In this document: positions 22,201 to 34,869 of the stretch, in pieces
Position numbering within the stretch: position 1 is the stretch's first letter
How the letters are laid out: every line of letters starts with the position of its first letter
Source of the DNA: Selaginella moellendorffii
Lineage: Eukaryota; Plantae; Lycopodiophyta
Reading direction: 5' to 3'
Length of the DNA: 64,000 bases
Assembly (NCBI RefSeq): GCF_000143415.4
Contig: NW_003314264.1
Coordinates: 3,109,710-3,173,709, forward strand
Position numbers and translations under genes: made by a program
Notes under the pieces: model-generated
Database searches by the model: none
Told to the model about the DNA's origin: nothing
The model's input: only the letters and a program-made list of their open reading frames with translations

Positions 22201-24074
22201 CCATTCTCTGCATGCGGTCGCTAGTGACATGTACGGCTTCCCCTCCGGGGAGATATAAAACGGCTCCTTTGCTGTTCTGCTAAATCGTTCTCTCAGTCTG
22301 TGGCAAACTGTCCAGCCTGATTCGAAGAGGAGTTTTCTGGCTTTATCTCGTGCCACTGCCAATACTGTACCCTTGGAAGAAATAGATGAATCTTGACTCG
22401 CCCAGTGTCTCGAGTTTTTAGTACCGCGGGTGCATGCCTCGTCGTCCTTGGCTTGTGCCTCCTCAATCAGCTCGGTAGCGTCTACCAGCTTGCGATAGGA
22501 ACGACGACGGGTTACCTCGATTGAAACTGGCTCACACAACATTTTCCTGGCAGAGTGATTCTTGTTCCCTTCTGTTTCTTCTCCCTCAGACAAGATTTCC
22601 CTCGCAGAGCGACTCTTGTTGCCTACTGTTTCTTCTCCCCCACACAAGATTTTTCTGGCAGAGTGACTCTTGTTCCCAACTGCTTCTTCTCCCTCACATA
22701 AGATTTTCCTGCCAGAGTGACTCTTGCTACCTACTGTTTCTTCTCCTTTGGATCCCATCAACTCTAGACGCAGCATTTCAAGCTTGGTAGCGAGAGGGGT
22801 TAGGCCACTCCTCATTATCATCGCTTGTATATTATCCACCTGATTATCTCCTCCAACATGGTTTCCCGCTTCTTCAGAAATTAAACCGGAACCTGCGACT
22901 TGGGAACCCCCCTGCAGCTTATCCCTTCCAGATTCTAGTTTACTCTGCTGTTCCTTCTGGCTTCCATTAGTCTGCTGTTCCTTCTGCTTTTTCCCCTCAC
23001 GGCCAGCATTCATTGAATCATCCGCATCGTTTCCATTCCCTGGACAAATGCCATCATCCGCTTCTGGAAGCTTGAGAATCCTGGAAGGCAGCTTTTTTCT
23101 GTGTCTCGTACACCACGCATAGATTGTCTCGTCATCATCAGTATCCGACATACTCTCGTCCCTTTTCCGCTTTCCCATGTCGTTCACCACAAGAATCCCA
23201 GACGAAGTATCCCCGGACTGTTTGGGCTTGACTGCGAAAGTCCTCTTGACACGTATCTTCCTCCCCTCGATCAGAGCCAGATCTGTCCACTGTCCCTTCT
23301 GCCTCCAGGTTCCAGTAGTACTATCCCATTCTTGAGAAACCCGTAGATTTTGCCTGCCAAATCCCCTCCTGTCTCCTTCATCGGGGAAGAACACCTGCAT
23401 GTCCTCGTCCGGAAGTTGGACATTGTCCATGAGCACGCCTTCCCACCAAGCATCTCCGTAGAAGGCATCGACCCAAAGACCCCGTTGCCAGACTTCCTGT
23501 GTTTTCCCTGTAAGTGGAGGTGGCCGCGGCCTCAAGAGAACCTCCAAGCCTTCTCTAAATGGAACATACTCTTGAAAGTGTGGCGAGCCATCTCTAGCGA
23601 GCAACTTCTCATACTCAACCAGCCCACGACCAGAGTCGATCTTCACTACTTTGGCTGGATGCCACGATCCTCTATAGCCGGTGGCCCTGTGTCTCACCTG
23701 TTGTAGATCCCACTTGATGAGAAAGAAAAAAGGAGGAAGAGAAGACATGAGTTCTACGAGCATACCTCTACAAGCGTGCCGAGTAACGATCCACCATCGC
23801 TGCTGCTACCGTTTTGTGAATCCAACTCCGCCACTGCGTCAATCCAATCATCGCGATCAATCCAATGGATAACAAACCTAGCAAGGAAAAGAAAAGGAGC
23901 GTTACCTGGAGGAGTATCATTCACCATTTCATCGGGAGCTGGGACACCATCCCCGACGCTGTTACATTCTCCCAAGCCGGCCCAATCGCTCTTCACATTA
24001 CTCGCGGATCCCGCTATCAGATTATCTACCTCTGCGAAGCCATTGCCACAGGCGCTGTGAGGCAAAGATCCCAT
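19231..24074 (-). CDS. IDM1-like Agenet/Tudor + PHD + GNAT acetyltransferase-domain protein (paralog 1), multi-exon
   Basis: Agenet ([11 protein letters not shown]; [12 protein letters not shown]), TLFSWLID...[49 protein letters not shown]...AEIPFIGTR...QGMCRRL...LVLPA; start approximate. Confidence 0.85.
22531..22746 (-). repeat. In-frame 54-nt tandem repeat x4 ([18 protein letters not shown])
   Basis: Visible in DNA and translation of IDM1-like paralog 1. Confidence 0.85.
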
Positions 24075-24449
24075 CCCACTGCTAGCAACCAAGATTCCCG
24101 CATTGCATCCCCTCCCACCGAGACCTAAAAATCAATCCCGCGATTTCTTCCCGCCGCGGATCAGGCCCTAGCTTCCCTCCTGCTGCTGCATTGCGACTGC
24201 TCTACCATCCCCGAAATACCGATCGATCTTCCTCGCGCGCGCTATCCCCACGCACAGCTAAAATATCCAGCGCCTAACCCTGCGAGCTCCCACTGCGACC
24301 GAGCTCCAAGACCCAAGGGCGCGCCAATCCCCTCCCTCGCCCACGAAGGAACAATGGCTATGGAGTCCCAAGGGCACCTGTCCTTGGCCAAGTCCCAGTG
24401 TGAACACAAACGAAGTCTAGACCTTTCCGCTGACCGCAGGATGCATGGA

Positions 24450-24486
24450 TCCAACGGCGCACAGCAAAATAAGCGATCTAACGGCC
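24450..24486 (+). promoter_or_regulatory. Pair of MSA-like elements (GATCCAACGGC, GATCTAACGGCC)
   Basis: Two AACGG cores with GATC(C/T) flanks 27 nt apart, about 400 nt upstream of IDM1-like paralog 1. Confidence 0.45.
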
Positions 24487-24541
24487 TTTTCTTTTTCTTC
24501 CTCTTTTTTTCTTCTTGTCCATTGAATGAAAAACTCCTGTA

Positions 24542-25445
24542 TCAACACTCACATTCTTCTTCGTACTCCCAAGTGAAATTCTCGGTTGAGTTTTGGTGCT
24601 GTTTCTTCTTCGATCGAATGCCGCAAGCATTGCACAAGTGCTGAAACCACGAAAACAGTGAATGATCGAGAGGAAGAAAAAACGAGATTTTGAGACTACC
24701 TTAATACCTCCTGGATCTTTTCTCCACATCGGTGTCTCGCTGGTTCCACAGGTAACGCACGTCTTTCCCTTCATCCTGGAGAGAAAGACGAGCTCGTCGC
24801 TTTTGTTCTCCGGAGTAGCCTGCTGTTGCTCCAAAGCTTCTTTTGGATCCACCACCACCGCGTGGCTGTTCTCTTCTTCTCTCGTCTCGTTGTTTGAGGA
24901 CGCGAGCTCTACGATCTCCGAGCCGCTGGCCGTGGGAGCAGCGCCGAGCTCCGCGCTGTCTAGAACGATATGTGACGATCCCAGCTTTAGAAACGATAAC
25001 TCGCTGGTGTTCTCCACCTCCTCCGTTTCTTCCGCTGCGTCTTCCGGCGGCTGAAACTTCTTGTTTGTGAGCGTCTTCAAAGCCTCGGCCACTCTTTTCG
25101 ATGTTTTCACCTGGAAGGACAGACTCATCGCCATTAAACCAGATATAAAACACACGAGCTTACCAGCCGGTTCGATCTCGTTTTGGCAACAACTATCCTC
25201 GAGTCCTCTGTTGGTCCTTCCTTCAAGGCTGGAACTTCCTCTTGGAGAAGAGCCACTGCATTACCAGGCTCAGGCAAAACAGGCGTCGGAGTTCGAACTT
25301 CTTTGCTGATTTCTTCTGTTTTCGGTGCTGGATGTTTCTGTTGTTTAGGCTTCCTCCTCGGCTCCGGTTCAAGTCCCATATGCAACTTGCTGCCTGGCGC
25401 CCAGGGCTTCTCCGCTGTAACGCAATACTTTCGTGTCAGATCCAT
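24542..25445 (-). CDS. Acidic linker + GATA zinc finger exons (C-terminal module of IDM1 paralog 2, or a separate small gene)
   Basis: Spliced CVTCGTSETPMWRKDPGGIK/HLCNACGIR = C-X2-C-X18-C-X2-C; in-phase GT-AG introns. Confidence 0.7.
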
Positions 25446-28400
25446 CTGAAAAAGAGAGATTTTCTACCTAGAGGTGGCGCAATCTTTCGGCACAAATTCA
25501 ACCACGTCAGAGGTTTCTGCAAAACTTTCGTTCCCGGAAATCCAACAATGCTCAGCTCCAGGAGCCGGACTGATTGGAAAGGCGAGACTTTCTGAAAGCC
25601 GAAAGCACCGATCCAAGTGTCTAGAAGCTCGGGAACCGCCGGCAAAACCAATGTATGTACATCCAGTGATCTGAGCACCTAGGAAATATGTGCCACTATT
25701 GGCTCCAAAGAAACAAAGAAGAACGGAGTAACCATACCTGCTCGATCACCTCCAAAAGCCGCCGGCACATTCCTTGCCTACGATATTGAAGCCGCGTTCC
25801 AATCAGTGGCATCTCCGCAATGCTGGTGCCATGAACTCTACCAAAATAATAGCAACAGTCAGCAAACAGAGCTCAAACAAACCACCAAACACAGACCTAA
25901 CAGCAGCAACTGATATGAGCTCATCTTTGTTGTTTTCCAAGAGGATGGTGTAAAATCCACGAAAATCCAGCCTTTTCACATCGGCACTGCAACCATATCT
26001 CAGATCGATGAGAGTCATGTAAACCCAAGAAAACAACACAGCTCAAACCTTCGATTCTTCAAAATATGAGCAATTATGTCGATTTTGCTCCGGGGATCAA
26101 TCATGGGCGAGAAGCACTCTCGCATCACGCTAAGAGCGAGGGCAATTTTACTACAGTGTGCGGTTACCGTTTCCATATCCGCATCCTCGTCAAGGTCCGC
26201 TGAGCGGAGAAGGGTCCAACTAAATCCTCCGTCCATGGGGCTCGTTTTTCCGACGAGTTCTCTAAGGCCACAGAAGATCTGCACGCGTCCGAAGTGACAA
26301 CGATATTTCCCCAAGCATCACAAAAACTTTTTGATCGTACCTTTCGACACGTTTGGCTACAGAAACGACTTGAAGCAAAAGACGCGCCTCCGTCGTTGAG
26401 ACACTCGACATGATCTGCAGAAAGACAGCGTGATTTAGCACACAGATTTTTCTTTTTATTCTACTCACAGTTACGTTCGCATTGGGTACAATATAAAACT
26501 TCGCGCCCATCGAACTGACCAGCGCCACAAACAGGACAGCGGCACCTCGGACAGAACCAATCTCCTTCCGGAAGGCTCTATAGAAGAGAAACAGCCGAGT
26601 TACTCGCTTCTAACAAGAGATATCCACAAGAGGTAGATTACCTTTAGCAGAATACAATGGAGGTGGAACGTTGCTGGGCAGTGATCACAGCATATGAGCT
26701 GACCACCCTCTCCGCAGAGACCGCAACATTCATCACTTTCATCCACGGTAAGCTGCCCGTTCGCAGGCTCATCGCACTTCGCTTGCTCTATCTTCTTGAG
26801 GGCCTGCTTCTGGCACTCAAGCACAGAGCGGCCATCTTCCAGAGTTAGCAGTGCGGCCGTCCTGTGAACTTCATCGCCTGCGTGAACCTGGAAGCTCGTC
26901 ATGCTAAACACCTCGTTGCAGCACTTGCACAAGATCCCATCGCGACTGATCACCCCACTCGCGACTTGGTTTGAGTCCTTGTTCACGTATGAGACCGCAG
27001 CGCCCTCTGATAAGATTTCTCCGTCTATAAGCCAGGAGAAAATCGACATGCGCTTGTTGGCCTTCTCGTCTCCGCCATCCTGCTTCCCCCTATCTGGAGC
27101 CAACAAAAGAGCGTTCAGCCTTGGCCGTTCGCTCTTCTTGGACTTCATTGACGGGTCCAGTTTCTTCGATGCCCTCAACCTCCTCTTTCCGCCATTTGAA
27201 TCAGGTAACAGCTCCCCAGGCTTCCTTCTCACGATTATTTGGAGCTGATACGAGTGCATGGCGTCCCTCACAGGCTTGGGGACGTTTTTGTTCTGCTGCA
27301 TCCAAGCCTTGCATGCCGAAGTCAGCGAGTGATAGCTAGTCCCATCCGGTGAGATGTAGTAGGCCTCATTGGAAACTCGACTCTCACGATGTCTCTCTCT
27401 GTATCCTTTCTTCCAGCCGGACTCCTCAAGGTTCTTGATCGCATTCTCGCGAGCGGCCTTGAGTGACTCCTCTCGCCGGCTGTAATCAATGGGAACCTTC
27501 TGCCTCTTGAGCATTCGCGAAAGAGCCAGTCTGTTCCGCTCAACATTCACGTCGTGAGCAGAATGAAAGCTCCCCTGGCTGCTGCTATCCATCGTGCACA
27601 AGGCACGCTCGCTACAACTCCCGTCAACTTTGTCGTCCTCGCTAACCTTGTGCTCGTCTCCAAACAACGAATCCTCCGCCTGCGTGTTTATGCAGCACAC
27701 AGGAATCGACAGCGTCCTTGTGAGGCAGTAACCTTCGCCGTCGCCGTCCGGCTGGAACGTACGTGAATTATCCGGCTTCAAATCACTGTCTTCCATCCAC
27801 TCGGGCTCTAACGACTCGTTCTTGACATCCACCACCAAGTCTGAGGAAGCACCACTCTGAAGAGCTTCCGGTTGAATCCCATCGAGTTCCTGCTTTACTT
27901 GAACTTCCTTCTTCGGTTTCTTGGCCTCGGGTTCCACGCTCTCCACTTCTTTCCGCTTCTTCTTCCGCTGAAAGGTCTTTTGAGGCTTCGAAAACCTGCT
28001 ACTTCCAGCGTCAACCACGCCGTCCAACGCCCCGCAACCCCTGCCACTCCACGCATTTGTTGAAGCATCCCATGCCTGGGATACCCTCAAACTATCCACA
28101 CTAAACTCCTGCTTCTCCCCGTCATCCGGGAAGAACACCTGTACATGCGTCAAGAAGACCCCGGGAACGTCCAGCAGCAGGCCTTCTCGCCAAGAATCGT
28201 CGAATGCCTCGACGCGGAGCCCCCTCTGCCAGTCTCCACGACACATTTCCGAGCGATCCGGCGGTCTTGGTCTCACCCGACTGGATGCCTCGGAATTCCT
28301 GCCTAGAGAAATCGATTCTTTCCCACCAGAATCGTACTCCACTATCCTAATTCCAGCTCGGGCCTCCACAACCTTTGCCGGGCACCAGCAAATTCGCGTT

Positions 28401-28530
28401 CCATTCTTCCTGACCTGTGCTTTGAAAATATTCCCCCGCTAGAAGCTCGGAAGAAGAGAAGCAAGAAAGCGCTTACCTCGACAAGCTCCCCGGCAAGAAA
28501 GCGAGAATCGTCGCACACATCCACCTCCAT
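25436..28530 (-). CDS. IDM1-like Agenet + PHD + GNAT protein (paralog 2), multi-exon
   Basis: Same domain order and intron positions as paralog 1; [25 protein letters not shown]; [11 protein letters not shown]; AEMPLIGTR; [13 protein letters not shown]. Confidence 0.85.
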
Positions 28531-30500
28531 CGCTCGCGCTCCTGCTGCCGCTGCATGCAATGCCGCATGCCCTAGCTCCGAAAACCCTGGAGATCTTTCG
28601 CCCGCCTCTCCAGCGGCCGGGCCTTCCAGCTGCACGCCGCGACGCGCTGGTCCCGCAGCGGCAGCACAATCGCTCGTCCCAGAGAAAGAAGATTTTAGGG
28701 TTTATCAAGTTATCCCAAGAACCCTAAATTTCCGAGGAGTTGGGATGATCTCCGTCATTTGCGGTTGGGAAGAACCCATCGATCGATGCGCCGGGTAAGC
28801 TGCGGGAAATTCGCCGCCAGCAGCCACCTCCCCGTCAATGGCCGCTATCAAGCAATCAATCCATCGCGAGAGAGCTCCAGAAAATCATCGAGCTCACGCG
28901 ATCCTCCGGATTAGCGCGTGCCAGAGTGACCCCACTGCGCTGCTCTCGCTAGCTCCACACGTGCTTGCTGGATCTATCAATCAATCCATCCATCCATCAA
29001 TCTAAAAGTATTTGCTTCTTCGTCTTCTTCTTCTCTTTCCCCCTCCTGGTCGTCGCCAGAAACCTCGCAACGGGATTTCCTCCATACCACATTCCCAGAA
29101 ATCGAGGAAAGCGAGAGAGAGGAGAGAGAGAGAGAGAGAGAGAGGGAGGACAGGGAGGGACGCTTCTTCTTCCGCTCAGCTAGCTATTTAAGGCCGTATA
29201 GGTAGCTCTCCTCCTTCCCAGGTAAATCCGCCATAGCTCCAAGCTCAAACTCATAAGCTAATCAAATCAAGGAAGAGCACCACACCACCTTTGCTTTCTT
29301 TCCCGTTTCTTTCGAGTTTCTTTGCTTCCATCCGAGGAGATTTTGTCGCTTGATCGTGTTCCAAGTAAATGCCCGGCGAGAAGCTAGCGAAACCATTAAC
29401 CTTAGACTGCTGTTCACATCGCCGCATTCATTCGATTTCTTCCAAGCTCCAGTCCTCCCCCGCATGATCCACACGTCGCAGTTGCCACCATCGCATCCGC
29501 GGCGATCGCTGCTGCCACTGCTCAACTCGCCTGATCAATCAATCCGTCGCAATCATCCTTCATTCACAAGCTCCATTCTCTATTTCAATTCAAAACAATC
29601 TGACCAGGCCCCAGAGCCACATGAGACAAATTTGATTACTCGCAAATCCTCAATCAAGAAATTGGAAATGCTCACACTAGCCATAGCCAGTCAATGGTCA
29701 AGTGGAAGAACGAAGAACAGCCATTATGGAGCAAACCCAAACTCCAACTCTTCTTCCACGCACCAGTTACAGACGAGGCTTGCTTAGAGCGCCATAGCCA
29801 AGTAGCACTAACTTCTCACACACATCTACACACATTTTCACACACTTACACTACCTACTACACACACATTCTTAGCGCAGCTTTCAAGGTTCTAAATGAT
29901 TCGATGAGCGAACAATCTATAGCCAGCTTGAATCGCCCGACTCGACACCCGGGCCCCGACCCGATCGATGAAAATCTCTGATCGCACAAGGAGCGAGTAC
30001 ACTGATGGGACGAAATGAGTGAAGGAAAGAGCACAATACAAAGCAAGCGAACAAAACAAACCTCGATGAATTATGTGTCTTGTCTCCTCCAGGACATCCT
30101 CCTTTACCCTATAGACTATACGAAAGATCGCCACCGCCACCATTCTCCAGATATCGATCAAGATCGATTATATTCGTATCATGGTCTAAAGAGATACGCG
30201 ATGAAGCGATTCCTTCCATGTCTTAGCTTAATTCATGGAGCACGCTCCAGAAACCAACAAACAATACAAAGCCACCACTACACCACCCCACAAAAGCCAA
30301 CAAAAGTTAGTTAAAATTCCTCTTAAAATGCCTGCCTTGCTCCAGGCAGATCGAAAGCTACACCACACTCTTTTTGATCGATCCATCCATGGATCGAGCG
30401 ATCGATCGAGGCGTGATCGCTGTGGCTTCCAATCCCAAATATTATAATAAGAGATACTTTCTTTCCCACCGCCTGCCTACTGGAGAGCTCGCAGTCCCGC

Positions 30501-32122
30501 TCAGAGCGACATTCTCAAGAACCTGCCTTGTTCCTCCTTACTTTGACCGTGCCCGCTGACCGTGCTGACCGCCTTGACCGGCGCCACGGACCGTATGATC
30601 TCGGCATCCAGCACGAGAGGAGAGTGGTGTTGGTGGTGGTGGTGGTGGTGTGGATCGGGACGAGCAAACACCTTGGCCTTGGAACAATCTTCACTGCCGG
30701 GCTGATCAACGCACACCGCCGGCGGCATGCTGTCCTGCCAAGTTATGCAGCTGCTGCCCACGGCATTGCTGCTGCACGGCGATTGATCGTTGCTGCTCCA
30801 CTCCTTGGCGAATGGAAGAGCGATTGCGCTCGCGTTCGCGGCGATGGTGGCGGCGTTTTGATCCATCCGGCAAAGCCGCTTGTCGTCGACGTGATAAGCT
30901 TGAGCTGGGTGAACGAGAGACGTTTTTGGTGGGATCGCAGCGATCACTGGCTGCTGCTGCTGTTCGCCCAGATTTGTATCACTCCTGCTCTTAGCGAATC
31001 CTCCCAGATCATCGCAGCTGCTGCCGGATTGATTCCACGCGGCTGCAGTGACAGGTGTAACGGTGACCGGGCTGCGTCTCCCGACTTTCTTGAACCTTAT
31101 GCCGCAAGCATTGCAAAGAGACTGCAAGAAGAACACGAGCAGCATATACGTGAGAAGGAATTCACCATGGAAAGTTTGCTTGCGTTTGAGAAAGAGAAGA
31201 GTAGAAAAAAAACGACACTGAAACGAACCTTTGGGCCGAGCGGACCATTCCTCCACAGCGGCGTGGAGCTCGTCCCGCAGTGAGCACAGATCCTGGGAAC
31301 GTTGCGCGGATCGACGTGAGCGTCCACTCCACGGAACCTGGAGCGGGTGGAGCACGGATCCAAATTGTTCTTGCTCCCCAGGCCGCCATTGCCGTTGCCG
31401 CCGCCGCCGCCGCTGCCACCCGTGTTAAACTCAAGGAACCCGAACTTGTGAAGCTCCTGGGACGGCGAGAAGTTGGCGGCCGGAAACTGTGAATGCAGCA
31501 CTGGGTGGCGGGCGTAAAAGTCCTTGGAGGTGCTGTGGGCGGCGAAGCGGGCGGCGGCGGCGGCGGCGGCGATCCTTCGAGCGGCCGCCTCGGCGGAGAA
31601 AGCCCGCTGCTGCTGGAGGAAGAGTTCGTTGCTCGTCGCCCAGTGCGTTCCAGATTGCTGCAATGCAAGAAGAAAGAGTGTGTGAGATCGTGAGATCACA
31701 TATAGTGTGCTTGTCAGCTTAGCAGGAAACCAAGGATAAAAAAATGGAGTTAAAAAATCGCGACCAACAGTGGAGCCGGATGAGAGAAACAACACTTCCA
31801 CCAATCACCCAGACAAGCGAACAAAGCGAGCAAGGGAACGAAGCAAAGAAATGAAAAGAAAGAATGTAGCGATGGGAGGAGACACAAGAACACCATTCTT
31901 CTCTCAAACGGTCCATTTTCTTTCTATCCATTCTTTTTGCCATTACCTGATAGGAAGGAGGAGAGGCCAGCTTTGGAGGATCGATCGTCTTGGCCGGCTC
32001 GGAGATGGGCGACCCGGCGCGCGACAGCCGATTGGGCGCCTCGTTGAGATCCGCTGATCTCGATCGCGTCAGGGCATTGCCGAGCGATAGCGTGCAGTCG
32101 ACCGCCAGCGAGGGCAGGGATG

Positions 32123-32153
<31 letters not shown>

Positions 32154-32372
32154 AGCCGGATCGGCGAGATCCCAGTGGAGGTGGAATCGCTTGGTGGGCG
32201 AGCTGGGGCAGGAGGAGGAATTGGCGGCGGCGAATCCCCGCTTGGGCGAGCTGTTGCAGGAATTGGGCCACGAGGAGCTCACCACCGAATTGGCGGGGCT
32301 CAGGAAATCGGAGGATAGCGAGAGGCAGGTACTGGGCGACGACGCCGCCTCCATTCGTTCTTCCCTTTTCAT
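30501..32372 (-). CDS. B-class GATA transcription factor with HAN motif, 3 exons
   Basis: VDCTLSLG (HAN domain); CAHCGTSSTPLWRNGPLGPK/SLCNACGIRFKK. Confidence 0.9.
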
Positions 32373-34869
32373 CTAGCCTAGGATCTTTTCTTTCTTCGAT
32401 CTTCCTCGTCGCCCAGCTCTGATCAAGAACACATGATGTTGGTGGTCCTCGAATCGAAAGATCTCTTCCTTTTATCCCTGCCGCGGCTACCAGAGACCCT
32501 GGGGATGAGAGAGAGAGGGACAGGAGGAACACCACAGGAGATCGCAGCAATCATGCTGCATTCCATTCCATGGCTTCGTCGTGGAGCTCACGGCCAGAGA
32601 AGAGGAAGGAGAAGAAAGAAGAAGAAGCCAACAAGAGACCGCTATAGGTAGCAGCGAAGACGAAGAACTGTTTCTACAGCGATGGATTCATCAGAAGCTT
32701 GCTCCTTTCTCTGGACTGGAGGATTGATTTGTGAGTGATGGGGATTCTTTGGAAAGGCCCAGCGGCAGCGCAGCAGCAGCAGCAGCGGCGCAGGATGGTA
32801 TAATGGCGAGCCTCCAAATGAAAATCCTTCCTTTCTTCCACTTTCTCTCTCTCTCTCTCCCTCTCGCTCACAGAGATCCGTCAAGACGCTGACCCCTCGC
32901 CTTGTCTCTAGCTTATAGTAGCAGCTAGAACGCAAAACACCTTAACACCACTAGTTTTTATAAGGCGATCAGATCAGACAGAACGGAGGGCGATCGATCG
33001 ATGGAGTCAAGTGGGGTTGCGCGGGTGAGTGAATGAGTGATAGAGATCAACGTACACACGATCGCCCAATTCTCCATCGAAAGAGACACGCTCTTGAATG
33101 AGCATGAGGAAAGATCTCTCACTATCTCGTCGAAAAAAAAAGAGAGAAGGGAGCGATCGATCTATCTATCTAGGAGGATGATGAATGTGGATGGGATCTA
33201 TCTCAGGGAGGCTGGCATGGCTTGATGATCTCGTTTTCTCTTTTTTTCTTTGTTCGTCATCCGTTCCGTCAAACAGTCCTTCCTCTATCTCTTTCTCTCT
33301 CTTTCTCTCCGACCTCGACCTCTGTGACCACTTTCAGAGACCGGGGGCCGAGCTTGCCAGCCGATAGATAGATATCGCCATAAAGAAACGAACAGAATTT
33401 CCTTCTCGGCCTTGTTGGTTTCTGGACGGATCAGAGGCCGGCCTGGCTTGGCCAACAGTGAGGAAAGAATTTCTTTTCCTCCATGTCTCTGGAAGAAAAA
33501 AGAAAAGAAAAGAAGAACAACACTGGGAGGATCCAGTAGCTCTCTCTAGCAGAAGCCACAGAAGCCACAGAAGGAAGAGAAGAAGGGCGGGCGTCGACCA
33601 GAGGGGGAGACGAGCGAAACGAGATTCCGGGGAAGAGGTGGAATATTAAACACCATGAAAACATTGTGCGGGGATTAAAAAAATGGATGGCTTTGCTCCA
33701 GAGGAGGCAGCAGCCATAGCCAGAAAGCACGGGATGGATCCGAAAACGTCAAAAGCCCAATGAATGCCGGTGCCAGACAAGGCACATGCATTGGGATCGA
33801 GTAGTGACCCGACCCGACCGCCGCGATCATCAAGCCGAGACGACGAGAGATCTTTTCTCTCGAGTCCTCATCTATCTATCCTTTTCCTATTTTTCTTCTT
33901 TTTCTTATTCTTCGTTGTCCACCGCAGGCATTAGAGCGATTAAGCCAACCTTTTTGTTCATTGCGTTCGCTTGTTCCTCCCGACAGCTCCCTGGGCTTCT
34001 CGTCTCTATCGTGTTCTCCGGTTCTGGGAATCTAGACAAGTCGACAGGAAGGAGCTTGGTAGATCCTTGTCTATCTCTTTTCCCCCGTTACCCACAGCTT
34101 AAACTCTTGGATGATTTGCGCATGATAGCCTCCGGATCTCTCCTAAGTTCGTGGTTTTGTGTTGGCCTGATCCACGGAGAGAGTGGAGAGGGACCAGGGC
34201 GATCATCCACGAATAAAATAACTTGCACGAAAGAAAAAAGAAATCTCCACAACTCACAACACCCCACCTTGTCCATAATTGCCTGATTGCGATCCAACAG
34301 TGAAAACACCACCATCTCCATGACAGAAAACACATTTTTAAAGTTCACAATATATGCTGTCTTACGGCCCTTGGGCCATCACTACTGGCTGCCGTGCTGC
34401 TTCTTGTTGCTGCTGCTTAGATCTCCCATATCTCTGCAGCATTCTCAGATCTCTCAGTGTGATGCTTGTGCTTGAGTGACCACCCAAAAAACCTCCCCAA
34501 GGACCACAAGTTCGCAATTTTTAATGTAGGTGTGATATCTTCCCACTTAGTTTTCTTCCAGTGGAAGGGAGCTGTGTACGCTGTACAAGACCATAGACGT
34601 AATAGTTAGTGAGCGACTGTGTTCTTGTTGGTGAGTTGTTTCTCTGTGTGGATCTTTGGCTACAATTTTCCAAGTCCCCCGCAGTGCCAGGGGGGGCTCA
34701 GATCAATCAATCAAACTATGGCCGAGCTTTTGAGATAGATGCCGCTGCAGACAGCTAGCTATAAGATATACATCAAAGCTTTGCTTTCTCTTTTGTATTG
34801 TATATGTGCTTTTTCTTTCTTTCCTTTTTTTTTTTTTTCCACTCTCTTCTTTTGGCAGTGGACAAGTTG

